Below, one piece after another: positions 1 to 9,978 of a stretch of 64,000 bases of DNA. Origin of the DNA: Thermoleophilia bacterium (GTDB taxonomy: Bacteria; Actinomycetota; Thermoleophilia; UBA2241); assembly GCA_040776965.1 (NCBI GenBank), contig JAXGZO010000001.1:396675-460674 (forward strand). Reading direction: 5' to 3'. Each line of letters opens with the position of its first letter. Position 1 is the stretch's first letter. The notes below the pieces were generated by a model. It was not told the DNA's origin and made no database searches. It saw nothing but the letters and a program-made list of their open reading frames with translations. The translations under genes and the position numbers were made by a program.

Positions 1-849
1 GCCGCCCTGCTGCACCTCGACCCACCCCGCCCAACGCCCGACGAGCGTCGCGGTGACCGAGGCCGTCAGCGCATGCGACTCCCCCGGCCTCAGGGTGAAG
101 CCTCCGCGAGAGATCATGTCGGCGCTCGCACCGTCTGGCCCCCGGACGACGAGCCTGACGCCCTGAAGGGAGACCGACGCCTTGCCGGCGTTGGTGAGGA
201 CGAAGTGAAGCTTGACGTACTGGTCGGGCGCCAGCTGTGCCGGACTCACCCGTACGGAGTCGACGAGCGTAACACCGGCACCCTTCGTGCGCGGCGCGGA
301 GGAGGAGAACCCGAGCCGCGTCTCGGAGGGATCAGCGCCGAGCCTCTCCATAAACACGGTGACGTTGCTCAGCCACTCCGCGGTGCCCACGGGGCAGTAG
401 CGAAACGAGATGCCGGGCACCGAGGTAAGCCCGGAGCCGTAGTAGAGCGACCCGGAGATGCCCTTCGCCACCCGGGCGATCGCCTCGTCCCAGGAGGCGA
501 AGTCGCTCTGCTGCCGCGTTGCGCCGTAGAACCAGTTAAAGGCGTTGTAGGTGCAGACGTCACCGTGTTGCGAGTAGAGCAGGCGGCCGAAGCTCGTCTC
601 GGCGCCGGCGATAGCCACCAAGAAAGCCGGGTTAACGCCGTACCGCCGCCCCTCCCTCACGAAGACGGCCCCTTTACCGACCATCGGGGAGTTGTACTCG
701 GCGAGGAGCTCCTCGATCTGCGCGACGCTCGGCACACCGCCGGCGAGGGCGGGTGGGGGGGCGGAGGAGAACACCGCGAGCGCCAGGAGGAGCGCGCAGC
801 CCACGAGTACCGCGCGGCATATACAACGACTCCGTAGCTCACGACCCAT
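1..849 (-). CDS. Partial CDS (5' end in window, runs off the window start): secreted protein with a glucosaminidase-like cell-wall hydrolase region and a C-terminal beta-sandwich-like region
   Basis: I translated the reverse complement of 1..849 by hand. The frame is open with no stop, GC3 is high, and it starts MGRELRSRCICRAVLVGCALLLALAVFSSAPP (signal-peptide-like). It then contains GKGAVFVREGRRYGVNPAFLVAIAGAETSFG. The ORF track lacks it because it has no in-window stop. The antisense + ORF 73..837 has typical antisense composition. Confidence 0.6.
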   Translation of the reverse strand, partial: MGRELRSRCICRAVLVGCALLLALAVFSSAPPPALAGGVPSVAQIEELLAEYNSPMVGKGAVFVREGRRYGVNPAFLVAIAGAETSFGRLLYSQHGDVCTYNAFNWFYGATRQQSDFASWDEAIARVAKGISGSLYYGSGLTSVPGISFRYCPVGTAEWLSNVTVFMERLGADPSETRLGFSSSAPRTKGAGVTLVDSVRVSPAQLAPDQYVKLHFVLTNAGKASVSLQGVRLVVRGPDGASADMISRGGFTLRPGESHALTASVTATLVGRWAGWVEVQQGG

Positions 850-954
850 AGACACCTCTTCTCACCGCCAATCGCCTTACCTCAGTATACCGAGAGAGGA
901 GGGCGGTCGCAGTGATAAGATCGCCGCAGAGCAATCGGCGAGAAAGGATGCAGC

Positions 955-2097
955 ATGAATCCAGCCGACGTCCGCGTTATGCACCTCTCGGTCGTCCACG
1001 GGCCAGATGAGCCCCGTATTTACGAGCGCGAGTGCCGCAGCCTCGCGGAGGCGGGCTACAACGTCGCCTACCTCGTACCCGGAGCGACGCCCTCCTGCGA
1101 CGACGTCGGCGTTTACCTGCTCCCGCTCCCCCCGCGCCCGCGCTCCAAGCGCTGGATGAGCGCGAAGGAGATCCTCTCGGTCGTCCGCAGCCTCAAGCCA
1201 CACATCGTGCACATCCACGACCCCGAGCTTCTCACTCTCTTCCCCGTGCTTAAACTCTTCGTGCCACGGCTCGTCTACGATATGCACGACTACGTCCCGC
1301 AGCAGGTCATGGCCAAAGAATACATTCCGGCTCGCCTGCGGCCGGCCGTCGCCACAGCGAGCGACGTCGGCCAAAAATCCCTCGCCAGCGTGGGGCACGG
1401 CGTGGTCACCGCCTACGAGGAGATGCTCACCCTCCTCGGGCCGCGGCCGCAGCTTCGCACCGTCGCACCCAACTACCCGCGGCTCACGCGCTTCACCGGC
1501 GCCGCCCCCATACCGGAGCTCGCAAACGACCCGCGGCTCAAGCTCGTCTACATCGGCAGCCTCTCCCGCACCCGCGGCTGCAGCCTCATGCTCGACGTTA
1601 TGGAGCGGCTCGACCGCGACGACGCCGTGCTCTACCTCGGCGGCTCCTTCGCCAGTAAAGACCTGGAGGACGAGGTCCGCAGCCGTCTCGCCGGCGGCCT
1701 GAGCGACCGCGTGCTCTTCTTCGGCCGCGTACCCCCGCCGGAGCTCCCCCGGTACCTCGCCTCGGCGGAGGTGGTCTGGATGCCGTCGTTGCCGAGCGTG
1801 CAGTACGCACGCCCCAACGTCGAGACCAAGATCTACGAGGGCATGGCCGTCGGCCTCGCCTCGCTGGTGAGCGATATGTCGGGGCGCGGCGAGTTCGTGC
1901 ACACCGTGGAGTGCGGTATCGCCGTGCCGCCCGACGTGGACGGCCACCTCGGGGGCATCCGCCGCCTCATCGCCGAGCGGGGCGAGATCGCCGCCATGGG
2001 CGAGCGCGGCCGAGAGGCCGTGCAGCGCGAGTTCTCCTGGGAGGCGGCGCAGGCCGACCTCCTCAGCTTCTACGCCACGCTCTGCGCCGGGCTCTAA
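955..2097 (+). CDS. Glycosyltransferase, family 4-like (GT-B fold)
   Basis: 380 aa. The N-terminal region (HLSVVHGPDEPRIYERECRSLAEAGYNV...HIVHIHDPE) and the C-terminal region (EGMAVGLASLV...GIAV) look like GT4. The long antisense ORF 877..2295 was rejected. Confidence 0.75.
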   Translation: MNPADVRVMHLSVVHGPDEPRIYERECRSLAEAGYNVAYLVPGATPSCDDVGVYLLPLPPRPRSKRWMSAKEILSVVRSLKPHIVHIHDPELLTLFPVLKLFVPRLVYDMHDYVPQQVMAKEYIPARLRPAVATASDVGQKSLASVGHGVVTAYEEMLTLLGPRPQLRTVAPNYPRLTRFTGAAPIPELANDPRLKLVYIGSLSRTRGCSLMLDVMERLDRDDAVLYLGGSFASKDLEDEVRSRLAGGLSDRVLFFGRVPPPELPRYLASAEVVWMPSLPSVQYARPNVETKIYEGMAVGLASLVSDMSGRGEFVHTVECGIAVPPDVDGHLGGIRRLIAERGEIAAMGERGREAVQREFSWEAAQADLLSFYATLCAGL

Positions 2098-3062
2098 GCG
2101 CCCGCAGGGGCCGAGCGCGCCGGCGCGGTGGCGATGAGGCTGAGCATCTCCCAGACAACGGTGGCGGCCAGCGTCGCCGTGAGACGCGAGCAGTCCAGCT
2201 CTTGAATCACCTCGACCACGTCGGCGCCCACCAGCTGGAGCCCCCTGCAGGCGCGCAGCAACGCCAGCGCCTGCAGAGAGGTGGGGCCACCGCATTCGGG
2301 CGCGGCCACCCCGGGGGCGAAGGCGGGGTCGACGAAGTCGAGGGAAAACGAGAGGTGCGCCGCGCCCGCAGCGCGGTCGACTACTGCGGTGATGGCGCCG
2401 GTGCCGAGCTGCGCGAGCTCCTCCCAGCCCACCACTAAAAACCCCCTCTCACGAAGCCGCTCCAACTCGTCGGCGGTGGCGAACCCCCCGCGAGCGCCCA
2501 AGAGCGACGAGCGAGCGGGGTCCACAAGCCCCTCCTCAGCGGCACACAACAGCGCCTCGACCGACGACGAGGGCGCGCCGGTGGCATCGCCATAAGCGGC
2601 CTCAACGCGAGCGCTCAACGCGACGAGCGCCAGGGCGCCGTGCACCTCCGCGGCCGCCCGAAGCTGGGGCAGCACGATGCTCCGGTCGCCGCCGAGACAG
2701 AGCGGGATAACGCCGGCGGCGTGCAGTGAGGCGAGCTCCGCGACGACGCGGCGGTACGCGGGGTCGACGAACCCGGAGCTCCCGGGCAGATCGCCGCAGT
2801 CGACCACCGAGAGGTGGTCAAAGGGGGCCACCCGCTGCGCCGGATTGTAGAAAGGCCGCAGAGAGAGCGATGCCTCGCGAATCGCCCGCGGCCCGAAGCG
2901 GGCGCCGGTGTGGGAGCCGGCCTCGCCCTCAAACGGCAGGCCAAGCACCGCCACATCCACACCGTCGAGGCTGACCACGTAAGGAAGCCGCAGTAGCGTC
3001 GCTCTACCCGCTACGCGCGGCACCGCCGGTGGGCTCGCAGGACCATACCCCTTCATGCGCAA
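2094..3062 (-). CDS. speB: Agmatinase / arginase-family ureohydrolase
   Basis: 322 aa. It has ureohydrolase motifs (DVAVLGLPFEGEAGSHTGARFGPRAIR; GGDRSIV; SFSLDFVDPAFAPGV) with Mn-binding Asp/His positions. Confidence 0.75.
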   Translation of the reverse strand: MRMKGYGPASPPAVPRVAGRATLLRLPYVVSLDGVDVAVLGLPFEGEAGSHTGARFGPRAIREASLSLRPFYNPAQRVAPFDHLSVVDCGDLPGSSGFVDPAYRRVVAELASLHAAGVIPLCLGGDRSIVLPQLRAAAEVHGALALVALSARVEAAYGDATGAPSSSVEALLCAAEEGLVDPARSSLLGARGGFATADELERLRERGFLVVGWEELAQLGTGAITAVVDRAAGAAHLSFSLDFVDPAFAPGVAAPECGGPTSLQALALLRACRGLQLVGADVVEVIQELDCSRLTATLAATVVWEMLSLIATAPARSAPAGA

Positions 3063-3345
3063 CCTCCTCGCTCCGCCGCGACATTCACGCCAAACGCTTG
3101 CGCATCGCGGTAACCGTCGCTACAATCACCCCCTATGATAACGGTTGACGCCACATCACATCGGCCCACCCCCCTCGCCGCATGGCGTCGCTGGCTCTGG
3201 CGCATCTCCCTTTAACGCGCCCAAAGCCACCCCTTCATCCGCGGGCTCAGCTCGCACCTCAGGCTTTTCACACCACCACCGCGCACCCACCACCCGGACG
3301 CACGCTCCTCAGCCGTGCGCCGCATCCCCCGAGAGGAGGTCAGTC

Positions 3346-4710
3346 ATGAGCGAGTGTAAAAAGAAGTTCGTCCTTGACGAAGAGAGGATCCCTTCAACCT
3401 GGTACAACATCGTCGCAGACCTCCCCACCCCACCCGCCCCACCGGTCAACCCGGCCACGCTGAAGCCAGCGACGGCCGACGACCTCTCGGCGCTCTTCTC
3501 CCCCAGTATCATCGAGCAAGAGGTCTCCACGGAGCGCTTTATCGAGATCCCCGAGGAGGTCCGCCGCTGCTATCAGCTGTGGAGGCCCTCGCCCCTCATC
3601 CGCGCAACGGGGCTGGAGAAGGCACTGGATACGCCAGCCAAGATCTTCTTTAAGTACGAAGGCGTGAGCCCGGCCGGCTCGCACAAGAGCAACAGCGCCG
3701 TCGCCCAGGCGTACTACAACAAGCTCGACGGCACCACGCGACTCGCCACCGAGACGGGGGCGGGGCAGTGGGGCAGCGCCCTCAGCATGGCGTGCCAGCG
3801 CTTCGGCCTCGAGTGTATGGTCTACATGGTCAAGGTGAGCTACCAGCAAAAGCCCTACCGGCGCTCCATGATGCGGCTCTGGGGAGCCGACGTCGTGGCG
3901 AGCCCGAGCGAGCTCACCCAGGCGGGCCGCGACATGCTGGCGAGCCACCCGAACGCCCCCGGCACCCTCGGGGGGGCCATCAGCGAGGCGGTCGAGGACG
4001 TCATCGCCCACCCGGGCTCCAAGTACGCGCTCGGCAGCGTGCTCAACCACGTGCTGCTGCACCAGACGGTGATCGGCGAGGAGGCGCTCCTGCAGATGGA
4101 GCTCGCCGACGAGTACCCCGACGTCGTGGTCGGCTGTGTGGGCGGCGGCTCGAGCTTCGGCGGCATCGCCTTCCCCTTCTTGCGCGAGAAGCTCGCCGGC
4201 AAGTCCAAGACGCGCTTCGTGGCAGTGGAGCCCACGGCCTGCCCCACGATCACCAAGGGCAAGTTCGTCTACGACTTCGGCGACGAGGCGGGCATGACGC
4301 CGCTCTTTAAGATGTACACCCTGGGCCACGACTTCATGCCCGGGGGCATCCACGCCGGCGGGCTCCGCTACCACGCCATGGCGCCGCTCTTCAGCCACGT
4401 GCACAGCCTGGGGCTGACGGAGGCGGTCGCGGTGCCGCAGACGAAGGTCTTCGCGGCGGCACAGCTCTTTATCCAAACGGAGGGCATCATCCCCGCGCCC
4501 GAGAGCAGCCACGGCATCTGCGCGGCCATCGACGAGGCGCTCGCGGCCAAGGAGGCGGGCGAGAGCCGCACGATCCTCTTCAACCTCACCGGCCACGGAT
4601 TCCTCGACCTCACCGCCTACGAGTCCTACCTCGCCGGCAACCTCGAGGACTGCGAGCACCCCGAGGAGGCTATCGAGGCCTCTATTGCCAAGCTGCCGAA
4701 GGTGGAGTAG
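3346..4710 (+). CDS. trpB2: Tryptophan synthase beta chain-like PLP enzyme (TrpB2 type)
   Basis: The start MSECKKKFVLDEERIPSTWYNIVADLP is preceded by GAGAGGAGG. The PLP lysine context is GSHKSNSA, and there is a GGGSSFGG glycine loop. The ORF-track start at 3145 is an upstream extension. Confidence 0.8.
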   Translation: MSECKKKFVLDEERIPSTWYNIVADLPTPPAPPVNPATLKPATADDLSALFSPSIIEQEVSTERFIEIPEEVRRCYQLWRPSPLIRATGLEKALDTPAKIFFKYEGVSPAGSHKSNSAVAQAYYNKLDGTTRLATETGAGQWGSALSMACQRFGLECMVYMVKVSYQQKPYRRSMMRLWGADVVASPSELTQAGRDMLASHPNAPGTLGGAISEAVEDVIAHPGSKYALGSVLNHVLLHQTVIGEEALLQMELADEYPDVVVGCVGGGSSFGGIAFPFLREKLAGKSKTRFVAVEPTACPTITKGKFVYDFGDEAGMTPLFKMYTLGHDFMPGGIHAGGLRYHAMAPLFSHVHSLGLTEAVAVPQTKVFAAAQLFIQTEGIIPAPESSHGICAAIDEALAAKEAGESRTILFNLTGHGFLDLTAYESYLAGNLEDCEHPEEAIEASIAKLPKVE

Positions 4711-4753
4711 GGCGACAAACAGAGGGGCCGTATTAAAAACGGCACTTAAACCC

Positions 4754-4790
4754 AAAGGGCCGAGTCCAACCCCACGGACTCGGCCCTTTA
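4754..4790 (+). terminator. Rho-independent terminator hairpin after trpB2
   Basis: There is a 12-bp perfect stem (AGGGCCGAGTCC / GGACTCGGCCCT) with an 8-nt loop, followed by TTTA. Confidence 0.55.
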
Positions 4791-4932
4791 GCTGCGTGTG
4801 AGGCTGGGGCAACCCTCGTTCGCTACTCCCTCAAAACCGGGCGGGAGCGACCCCAGCCATTCGCTTTGATACGATGAGCGACGTTTAAGGAGGTCTCCTC
4901 TGCCGAACTTAAAGATCTACCGCGTCGCCTGG

Positions 4933-6747
4933 TTGGCGGTACTCGTCGTACTGATCGTCTCCGTCTTCGTGCTGGGACGCACAAACACCCCCACGGTGCG
5001 CAATCAGCCGACTACCGTCGACACCCAACAGCTCGCAAGAGACGTCGCCGCAATTGCGGAGGGCTACCCCCACCGAACCGCCGGCTCCGAGGCCGATAAC
5101 GGCCTCTCCCTCTGGCTCTACGACGAGTTTAAGCGAGCCGGACTCGAGCCCCACATCGAGAGCTTCCCGGCGAAGATCGACGGCGTAGACGTCGCCCTCC
5201 AGAATATCTGGGCGATCTCATCCGGCACGGGGGAGGCGGTGCTCGTGCTCGCCAACCGCGATATTCAGCGCCCAGCCACACAGGGCGCCAACGACAACGC
5301 CTCCGGCGTCGCCGCGCTCCTCGCCCTCACCCGCACCTTCACCAGCACGACGCACACACGCCCCATCGTCTTCCTCTGCACGACGGGCGACGCAGCGGGC
5401 GCCGTTGGGGCGCGCCACTTCATGAAGGCCCATTCGGGCGATATAGCGGCCACCATCGCGCTTCGCAAGGTGGCCACGAGGCACCCCGGCGTCTTCGCCC
5501 TCGACGGATGGAGCTCCGGCCCAAAGACCGCGCCGCCGTGGCTCTGGCAGCTCATCCCGGCGTCGGTCTCCGCCGCCCGCACGAAGACAAGGGCACAGCT
5601 CCCGGGCATCGGCGACCAACTCATCCGGCTGGCAGCCCCCATTAACTCCGGCGCACAGGCGCCGTTCGTAGCGGCGGGGGTGCCGGCCATCTCCCTCCGC
5701 GTAACGGGCGACGAGCAGCCTCGCGCCAACGATACCGTCGACACCACCTCTACCCACACGTTGGAGCAAACCTGCCTCGTCGCGGCCCACGCGATCGCGG
5801 CGATCGACGGCTCCACGCTCCCTAAAGAGCGCAGCGGCGGCGCGATCTCGCTGACCGATCAGCGGACCCTCCCGGGCTCGACGCTCATGGTGATCTTGCT
5901 CGCGCTCATCGCGCCCCTCGCGGCCGTCACGCTCGACCTCTTCGCGCAGTGCAAACGCGCGCGAGTGCGGCTGCGCCCCGCCCTTCTGCACGTAGCCGTC
6001 CGCTTCGCGCCCTGGGTGCTCACCCTCGTTGTGATCTACCTCTGCAACCTCATCGGGCTGCTCCCCAAGAGCCCCGGTGCACTGCCCCCACCAGACTCCA
6101 CAGCGGCGCTCCGCCCCAGTTACTTCCTCGGGCTCATCTTCTTGCTTATCTTGATCGGCTCCTCCGTCTTTATGGGCACCGTAGAACGGCGCCTGAAGAA
6201 GAGGGTCACAATCGATCCGCGGGCGCTCATCTTCGTCGCGCATGGAGCGCTCGTGGGTATCGCCCTCGTCGCCCTCCTGGTCAGCCCTTACTCCATCCTG
6301 CTCTTGGTGCCCGCGGCGGTGCTCTGGCCCCTGGCGAAGCCGGGCGAGTGGTTCCGCTCCTCGCTCCCGATCTTCCTCGGCCTACTCATGATCGCGGTCG
6401 TCTTCGTCTACTACACACTCAAACTCGACCTCGGGCTGCGCGCATGGTGGTACCTGCTCATACTCCTGGAGAGCAGGGTAATCCCGATCAGCATGACCCT
6501 CATGGGTGCGCTGCTCTTCTCGGTAACCGGGCTCTTTGCAACGACGCTCCACACATCAGGTAGCACAACGAAGTTCTCCCTGCAGGCGCTCCTCGCACAC
6601 GTGGGCCTCGGCGACGGCGCAAGGGAAGAGGCTGTGGACGAAGCGAACCGCTCCGCGGCCGGCGGCGAGGCTGAGCTCCGACGCGGGCGCACCCGCTCAA
6701 CCCGCTCAACCCGCTCGCGCGGGCGGAGGGGTCCGCTCAGACGATAA
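4933..6747 (+). CDS. Membrane protein with an N-terminal M28-family peptidase-like domain and a C-terminal multi-TM domain
   Basis: 604 aa. There is an N-terminal TM segment, then an M28-like region (ANRDIQRPATQGANDNASGVAALLAL...FLCTTGDAAG), then about 8 predicted TM helices. The annotated start is TTG at 4933. An AAGGAGG RBS at 4886-4892 sits 7 nt before an in-frame CTG at 4900, so the true start is uncertain. Confidence 0.6.
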   Translation: MAVLVVLIVSVFVLGRTNTPTVRNQPTTVDTQQLARDVAAIAEGYPHRTAGSEADNGLSLWLYDEFKRAGLEPHIESFPAKIDGVDVALQNIWAISSGTGEAVLVLANRDIQRPATQGANDNASGVAALLALTRTFTSTTHTRPIVFLCTTGDAAGAVGARHFMKAHSGDIAATIALRKVATRHPGVFALDGWSSGPKTAPPWLWQLIPASVSAARTKTRAQLPGIGDQLIRLAAPINSGAQAPFVAAGVPAISLRVTGDEQPRANDTVDTTSTHTLEQTCLVAAHAIAAIDGSTLPKERSGGAISLTDQRTLPGSTLMVILLALIAPLAAVTLDLFAQCKRARVRLRPALLHVAVRFAPWVLTLVVIYLCNLIGLLPKSPGALPPPDSTAALRPSYFLGLIFLLILIGSSVFMGTVERRLKKRVTIDPRALIFVAHGALVGIALVALLVSPYSILLLVPAAVLWPLAKPGEWFRSSLPIFLGLLMIAVVFVYYTLKLDLGLRAWWYLLILLESRVIPISMTLMGALLFSVTGLFATTLHTSGSTTKFSLQALLAHVGLGDGAREEAVDEANRSAAGGEAELRRGRTRSTRSTRSRGRRGPLRR

Positions 6748-6781
6748 GCAAACGGCGGGCGGCCGCGGCCGCAGGGGGCGG

Positions 6782-7306
6782 CTAGAGGGCTTCTTCGGTC
6801 GGCTCGTCGGCGGCGTAAGGAAGAAGCGCCGACTCACCGCTCGTCATCGCGTCGAAGGCCTTCGCCTTGAGGCGCTCCCTGGTCTCCTCAATACGGCGTC
6901 GCATCTTCATCTGTTGGTCGACGACGCCGTCTTCTTCCGGGGACCCCTCAGAGGAATCGGGGGAGACGGTGGGAGCGAAAGTCTCGGCGAAGTCGGGAGC
7001 TTCGGGAGCTCCTTCGCTGACGACGGTCGGCTCCGCCGGCGAAGCCTCCACGACGATCACCGACTCATCTGCAGCCGCCGGCTCATCTATGCTCGCGGGA
7101 CCCTGCCACGGAGAACCCCCCTCAGGCCCTGGCCACGCGGAGTTCTCCTCGGGGGTGGGAAACTGATCTGGTGCGGCGGTGAGCAGGCGCCCACTCGCAG
7201 CGCCGAGCAAGCGCTTGCACATCCCCTTACCGCTCTTCGAGGTAAAGAAGATCGCCGCCCCCACGCCGAGCGCGATTCCCGCAATATAGTTGACTAGCCG
7301 CCGCAT
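6782..7306 (-). CDS. YtxH/DUF948-like stress protein with an acidic Pro/Glu-rich tail
   Basis: MRRLVNYIAGIALGVGAAIFFTSKSGKG is the YtxH-type N-terminus. RBS AAGGAGACGGGA precedes the ATG at 7306. The C-terminal region is low-complexity and acidic. Confidence 0.55.
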   Translation of the reverse strand: MRRLVNYIAGIALGVGAAIFFTSKSGKGMCKRLLGAASGRLLTAAPDQFPTPEENSAWPGPEGGSPWQGPASIDEPAAADESVIVVEASPAEPTVVSEGAPEAPDFAETFAPTVSPDSSEGSPEEDGVVDQQMKMRRRIEETRERLKAKAFDAMTSGESALLPYAADEPTEEAL

Positions 7307-7395
7307 TCCCGTCTCCTTATCTCCCCGCGAACTGAAACAGAACCGTACGCCACCTGCGCGCTTCAATCCACCACACCCTCACTGAAGTCGTACCT

Positions 7396-7794
7396 TCAGG
7401 CGAGGCGCTGCACTGAGAGTTGGTCGTCGCCAACGGGGGAGACCACCACGACCCAACGAACGCCGTACAGGCGCGTAACCGCAACGCCAGCCTCGCCCAA
7501 CGCCCCACTCGCCCCCTGCTCGACGAACGCGGAGGAGGGGACCATACGTCGGTTCTCGATCTGCACCCGCAGTCCTTCTTCCGTCTGCTTGAGGAGGATG
7601 GGCTCTCCGCTGAGCTGACGCAGCACCGCCACACTCTGCGGCGAGAACTGGACGGTCGCACGGGCACCGGCGAGAGCCCACGGTGCCTCATCGTCCGCAC
7701 CGCGCTTCACCCGCCGCCCGTAGAGCCAGCCCCCAATGAACAACGCGAGGACGCCGAAGAGGAAGAGGAGAGCGAAGAGCACGGCGCTACTCAC
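7396..7794 (-). CDS. Small membrane-anchored hypothetical protein (GTG start overlapping the rarA stop)
   Basis: GTG AGT AGC GCC GTG CTC... gives [28 protein letters not shown] (one TM helix), then a roughly 100-aa soluble domain. GC3 is high. It shares a frame with track ORF 7396..8070, whose upstream part runs antisense to rarA. Confidence 0.4.
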   Translation of the reverse strand: MSSAVLFALLFLFGVLALFIGGWLYGRRVKRGADDEAPWALAGARATVQFSPQSVAVLRQLSGEPILLKQTEEGLRVQIENRRMVPSSAFVEQGASGALGEAGVAVTRLYGVRWVVVVSPVGDDQLSVQRLA

Positions 7795-9103
7795 GACCCC
7801 TCCGCTCCGCGAGACGCTCCGCCATAGCCACCTCCGCCCCCGTAATGGGTGTGTAGTACCTCCGCCCGGCGAGGCGCTCGGGGAGGTACTGCTGCTCCAC
7901 CCACCCGCCGGAGCGGTGAGGGTAGAGGTAGCCCTCTCCGTGGCCGAGCTCCTTTGCCCCGCGGTAGTGCGCGTCGCGCAGGTGCGGGGGCGGCGGCTCG
8001 TTGCCCGCGCGCCGCACCTCGCTGAGCGCCGCGTCGATCGCCACAATGGCGGCGTTACTCTTGGGCGCAAGCGCGAGGTAGGTCGCCGCTTGACTCAAGT
8101 TTATGCGACACTCCGGCAGCCCCACCACCTCGACCGCCCGCGCAGCGGCTACAGCCACCTGCAGCGCCTGCGGGTCGGCATTGCCCACGTCTTCGCTCGC
8201 GAAGATGATCATGCGGCGCGCGATGAACTTGGGGTCCTCGCCGCCGGCGATCATGGACGCCAGGTAGTACACGGCGGCGTCGGGGTCGCTCCCCCGCATG
8301 GATTTAATGAACGCCGAGGTGGTGTCGTAGTGGGCGTCGCGGCGGTCGTAGGCGACCGGGTGCTTTTGGGCTGCATCGCGGAGGTCGTCGACGGTGAGCA
8401 TGACCGGCTCGCCCGAGGGCGAACCGCCGCCGCGCGCGCGCCACGCGGCCTCCACCGCGTTGAGCGCAACGCGCGCATCGCCGCGAGCGACCTCCACCAA
8501 AAAAGAGGGCGCCTCCTCGTGAAGCGCAACGCCCGCGCCCCCCAACCCGCGCTCGGCGTCGGTGAGCGCCATCTGCACCACACGCTCCACGGCCTCCGAG
8601 GGGAGCGGCTCAAACCGGTAGAGCCGGCAGCGGCTGATAAGCGCTGCGTTGACCTCGAAGTAAGGGTTCTCGGTCGTGGCGCCGATGAGGGTGAGCACGC
8701 CGTCCTCGAGGGCGTGCAGGAGCGCGTCCTGCTGCCCTTTATTAAAGCGGTGGATCTCGTCGATAAAGAGGAGTGTCTGCGCCGCACTAAAGGAGCGCGC
8801 CTCGCGCGCTCCTTGAATAGCCGAGCGTACATCGGCCGTACCGGAGCTGATGGCCGAGAGCTCCACAAAGCGCACGGCCGTCTCGGCCGCTATGACCCGC
8901 GCGAGCGTGGTCTTGCCGCACCCCGGAGGCCCGAAGAAGATGGCGGAGAAGGGCCGGCCGGCTTCGACCGCGGCCCGCAGTACCGTCCCCGGCCCCACGA
9001 GGTGCTCTTGCCCGACGAACTCGGCGAGCGAGCGTGGGCGCATGCGCGCCGCGAGCGGCGCCTCAGCGGCGGCTTGTTCGTCGTTCTGTGAGAAGAGGTC
9101 CAT
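7787..9103 (-). CDS. rarA: Replication-associated recombination protein A (AAA+ ATPase, MgsA/RarA)
   Basis: 438 aa. It has a Walker A (GPPGCGKTT), a Walker B ([10 protein letters not shown]), and the MgsA C-terminal region ([21 protein letters not shown]). Confidence 0.9.
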   Translation of the reverse strand: MDLFSQNDEQAAAEAPLAARMRPRSLAEFVGQEHLVGPGTVLRAAVEAGRPFSAIFFGPPGCGKTTLARVIAAETAVRFVELSAISSGTADVRSAIQGAREARSFSAAQTLLFIDEIHRFNKGQQDALLHALEDGVLTLIGATTENPYFEVNAALISRCRLYRFEPLPSEAVERVVQMALTDAERGLGGAGVALHEEAPSFLVEVARGDARVALNAVEAAWRARGGGSPSGEPVMLTVDDLRDAAQKHPVAYDRRDAHYDTTSAFIKSMRGSDPDAAVYYLASMIAGGEDPKFIARRMIIFASEDVGNADPQALQVAVAAARAVEVVGLPECRINLSQAATYLALAPKSNAAIVAIDAALSEVRRAGNEPPPPHLRDAHYRGAKELGHGEGYLYPHRSGGWVEQQYLPERLAGRRYYTPITGAEVAMAERLAERRGRE

Positions 9104-9120
9104 GGTCAGCTAAGGATAAA

Positions 9121-9150
9121 GGGGCGGGGTGCCTGCGGCGCCGCCCCCTC
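9121..9150 (-). terminator. GC-rich hairpin downstream of pilin gene A
   Basis: GGGCGGGGTGCCTGCGGCGCCGCCCC is an imperfect inverted repeat lying between the rarA start and the pilin A stop. Confidence 0.4.
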
Positions 9151-9172
9151 GCCCTCCACCCAAACACGTGCG

Positions 9173-9622
9173 TTAGGGCACGGTGATGATGGCGTTAGGG
9201 GAGGGGCCGGCCGCATTTTTACCCCAACCGGTGAGGCTGAAGACCTTATCCGTCACGCCGGTTCGCTTATAGAAGTAGTTGCCCTGCCAATCTGTTGCGG
9301 TAGTGGTAGGGGTAGGCTGCTTCCGGATCATAAAAGTGCTCTTCTTCCAGGGATTCTTAGGCCAGGGGCTCACGTAGTCGCCAACAGCTTTATCGTTCTC
9401 GACATCGCTTGACTCCGGGTAGATATCGTTGTTGTCCACCGCGAAGGTCTGCACGCCTATCTGAATGCTGTGCACCCCCGACTTCACCGCGGCCTCTTTG
9501 GCCTTATCGCGCTGCCCGAGGAACATAGGGATGGCGATGGCGCTGAGGATGCCGATGATGATGATAACCACCAGCAGCTCGATGAGGGTGAACCCGGCTT
9601 TGCCCTTTGTGAACCGTTTCAT
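9173..9622 (-). CDS. Type IV pilin paralog A (class III signal peptide; pilin/pseudopilin N-terminal methylation motif)
   Basis: MKRFTKGKAGFTLIELLVVIIIIGILSAIAIPMFLGQRDKAKEAAVKSGVHSIQ, with a G|F cleavage site and Glu at +5. It has the central YVSPWPKNPW motif and the C-terminal IITVP. Confidence 0.85.
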   Translation of the reverse strand: MKRFTKGKAGFTLIELLVVIIIIGILSAIAIPMFLGQRDKAKEAAVKSGVHSIQIGVQTFAVDNNDIYPESSDVENDKAVGDYVSPWPKNPWKKSTFMIRKQPTPTTTATDWQGNYFYKRTGVTDKVFSLTGWGKNAAGPSPNAIITVP

Positions 9623-9937
9623 GAATGCTCTCCTCTCCCGCAGCGCTTAATGCCCTCGCCTGCGAAAGTTTTATTCTCGTATCTGCATCTTCCTTCGGCA
9701 GAACCGGCGAAAACCTAAAGGCGCACGGGGCCTGAAGGGCGGGCGGCGTAGCCCACCCGCATCTTTACTCTACCCGGCTTTCCTTAATTCGGACGGAGGG
9801 CGAAGCGATTCCCGCTGGCATACAGCGAAACGCGCATCGAAACGGCGAGAGCTGAGCGTAACCTGAGGGCCAGGGCACGGACACATGCAGGCCCCTATCC
9901 TTATCCCGTAAGGCGAGGGTAAGGGGCTAATAGCACA

Positions 9938-9975
9938 AAGGGGCGGGGCGCCGTAGGCACCCCGCCCCTTTGTGT
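9938..9975. terminator. Bidirectional Rho-independent terminator-like hairpin
   Basis: AAAGGGGCGGGGCGCCGTAGGCACCCCGCCCCTTTGTG has a roughly 11-bp stem flanked by an A-tract on one side and a T-tract on the other. Confidence 0.55.
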
Positions 9976-9978
9976 GTT

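Noticed and set aside
877-2295. A 472-aa minus-strand ORF antisense to the GT4 gene, and many similar long ORFs (3394..4812, 5218..6243, 8251..8868, 14476..15252, 15661..16554, 16299..17675, 31414..33984, 34021..35031, 48897..50381, 53472..54395).
   Set aside because: They have the Arg/Gly/Pro/His-rich, low-complexity composition typical of out-of-frame or antisense translation of high-GC genes. Each overlaps a gene with clear family motifs on the opposite strand.
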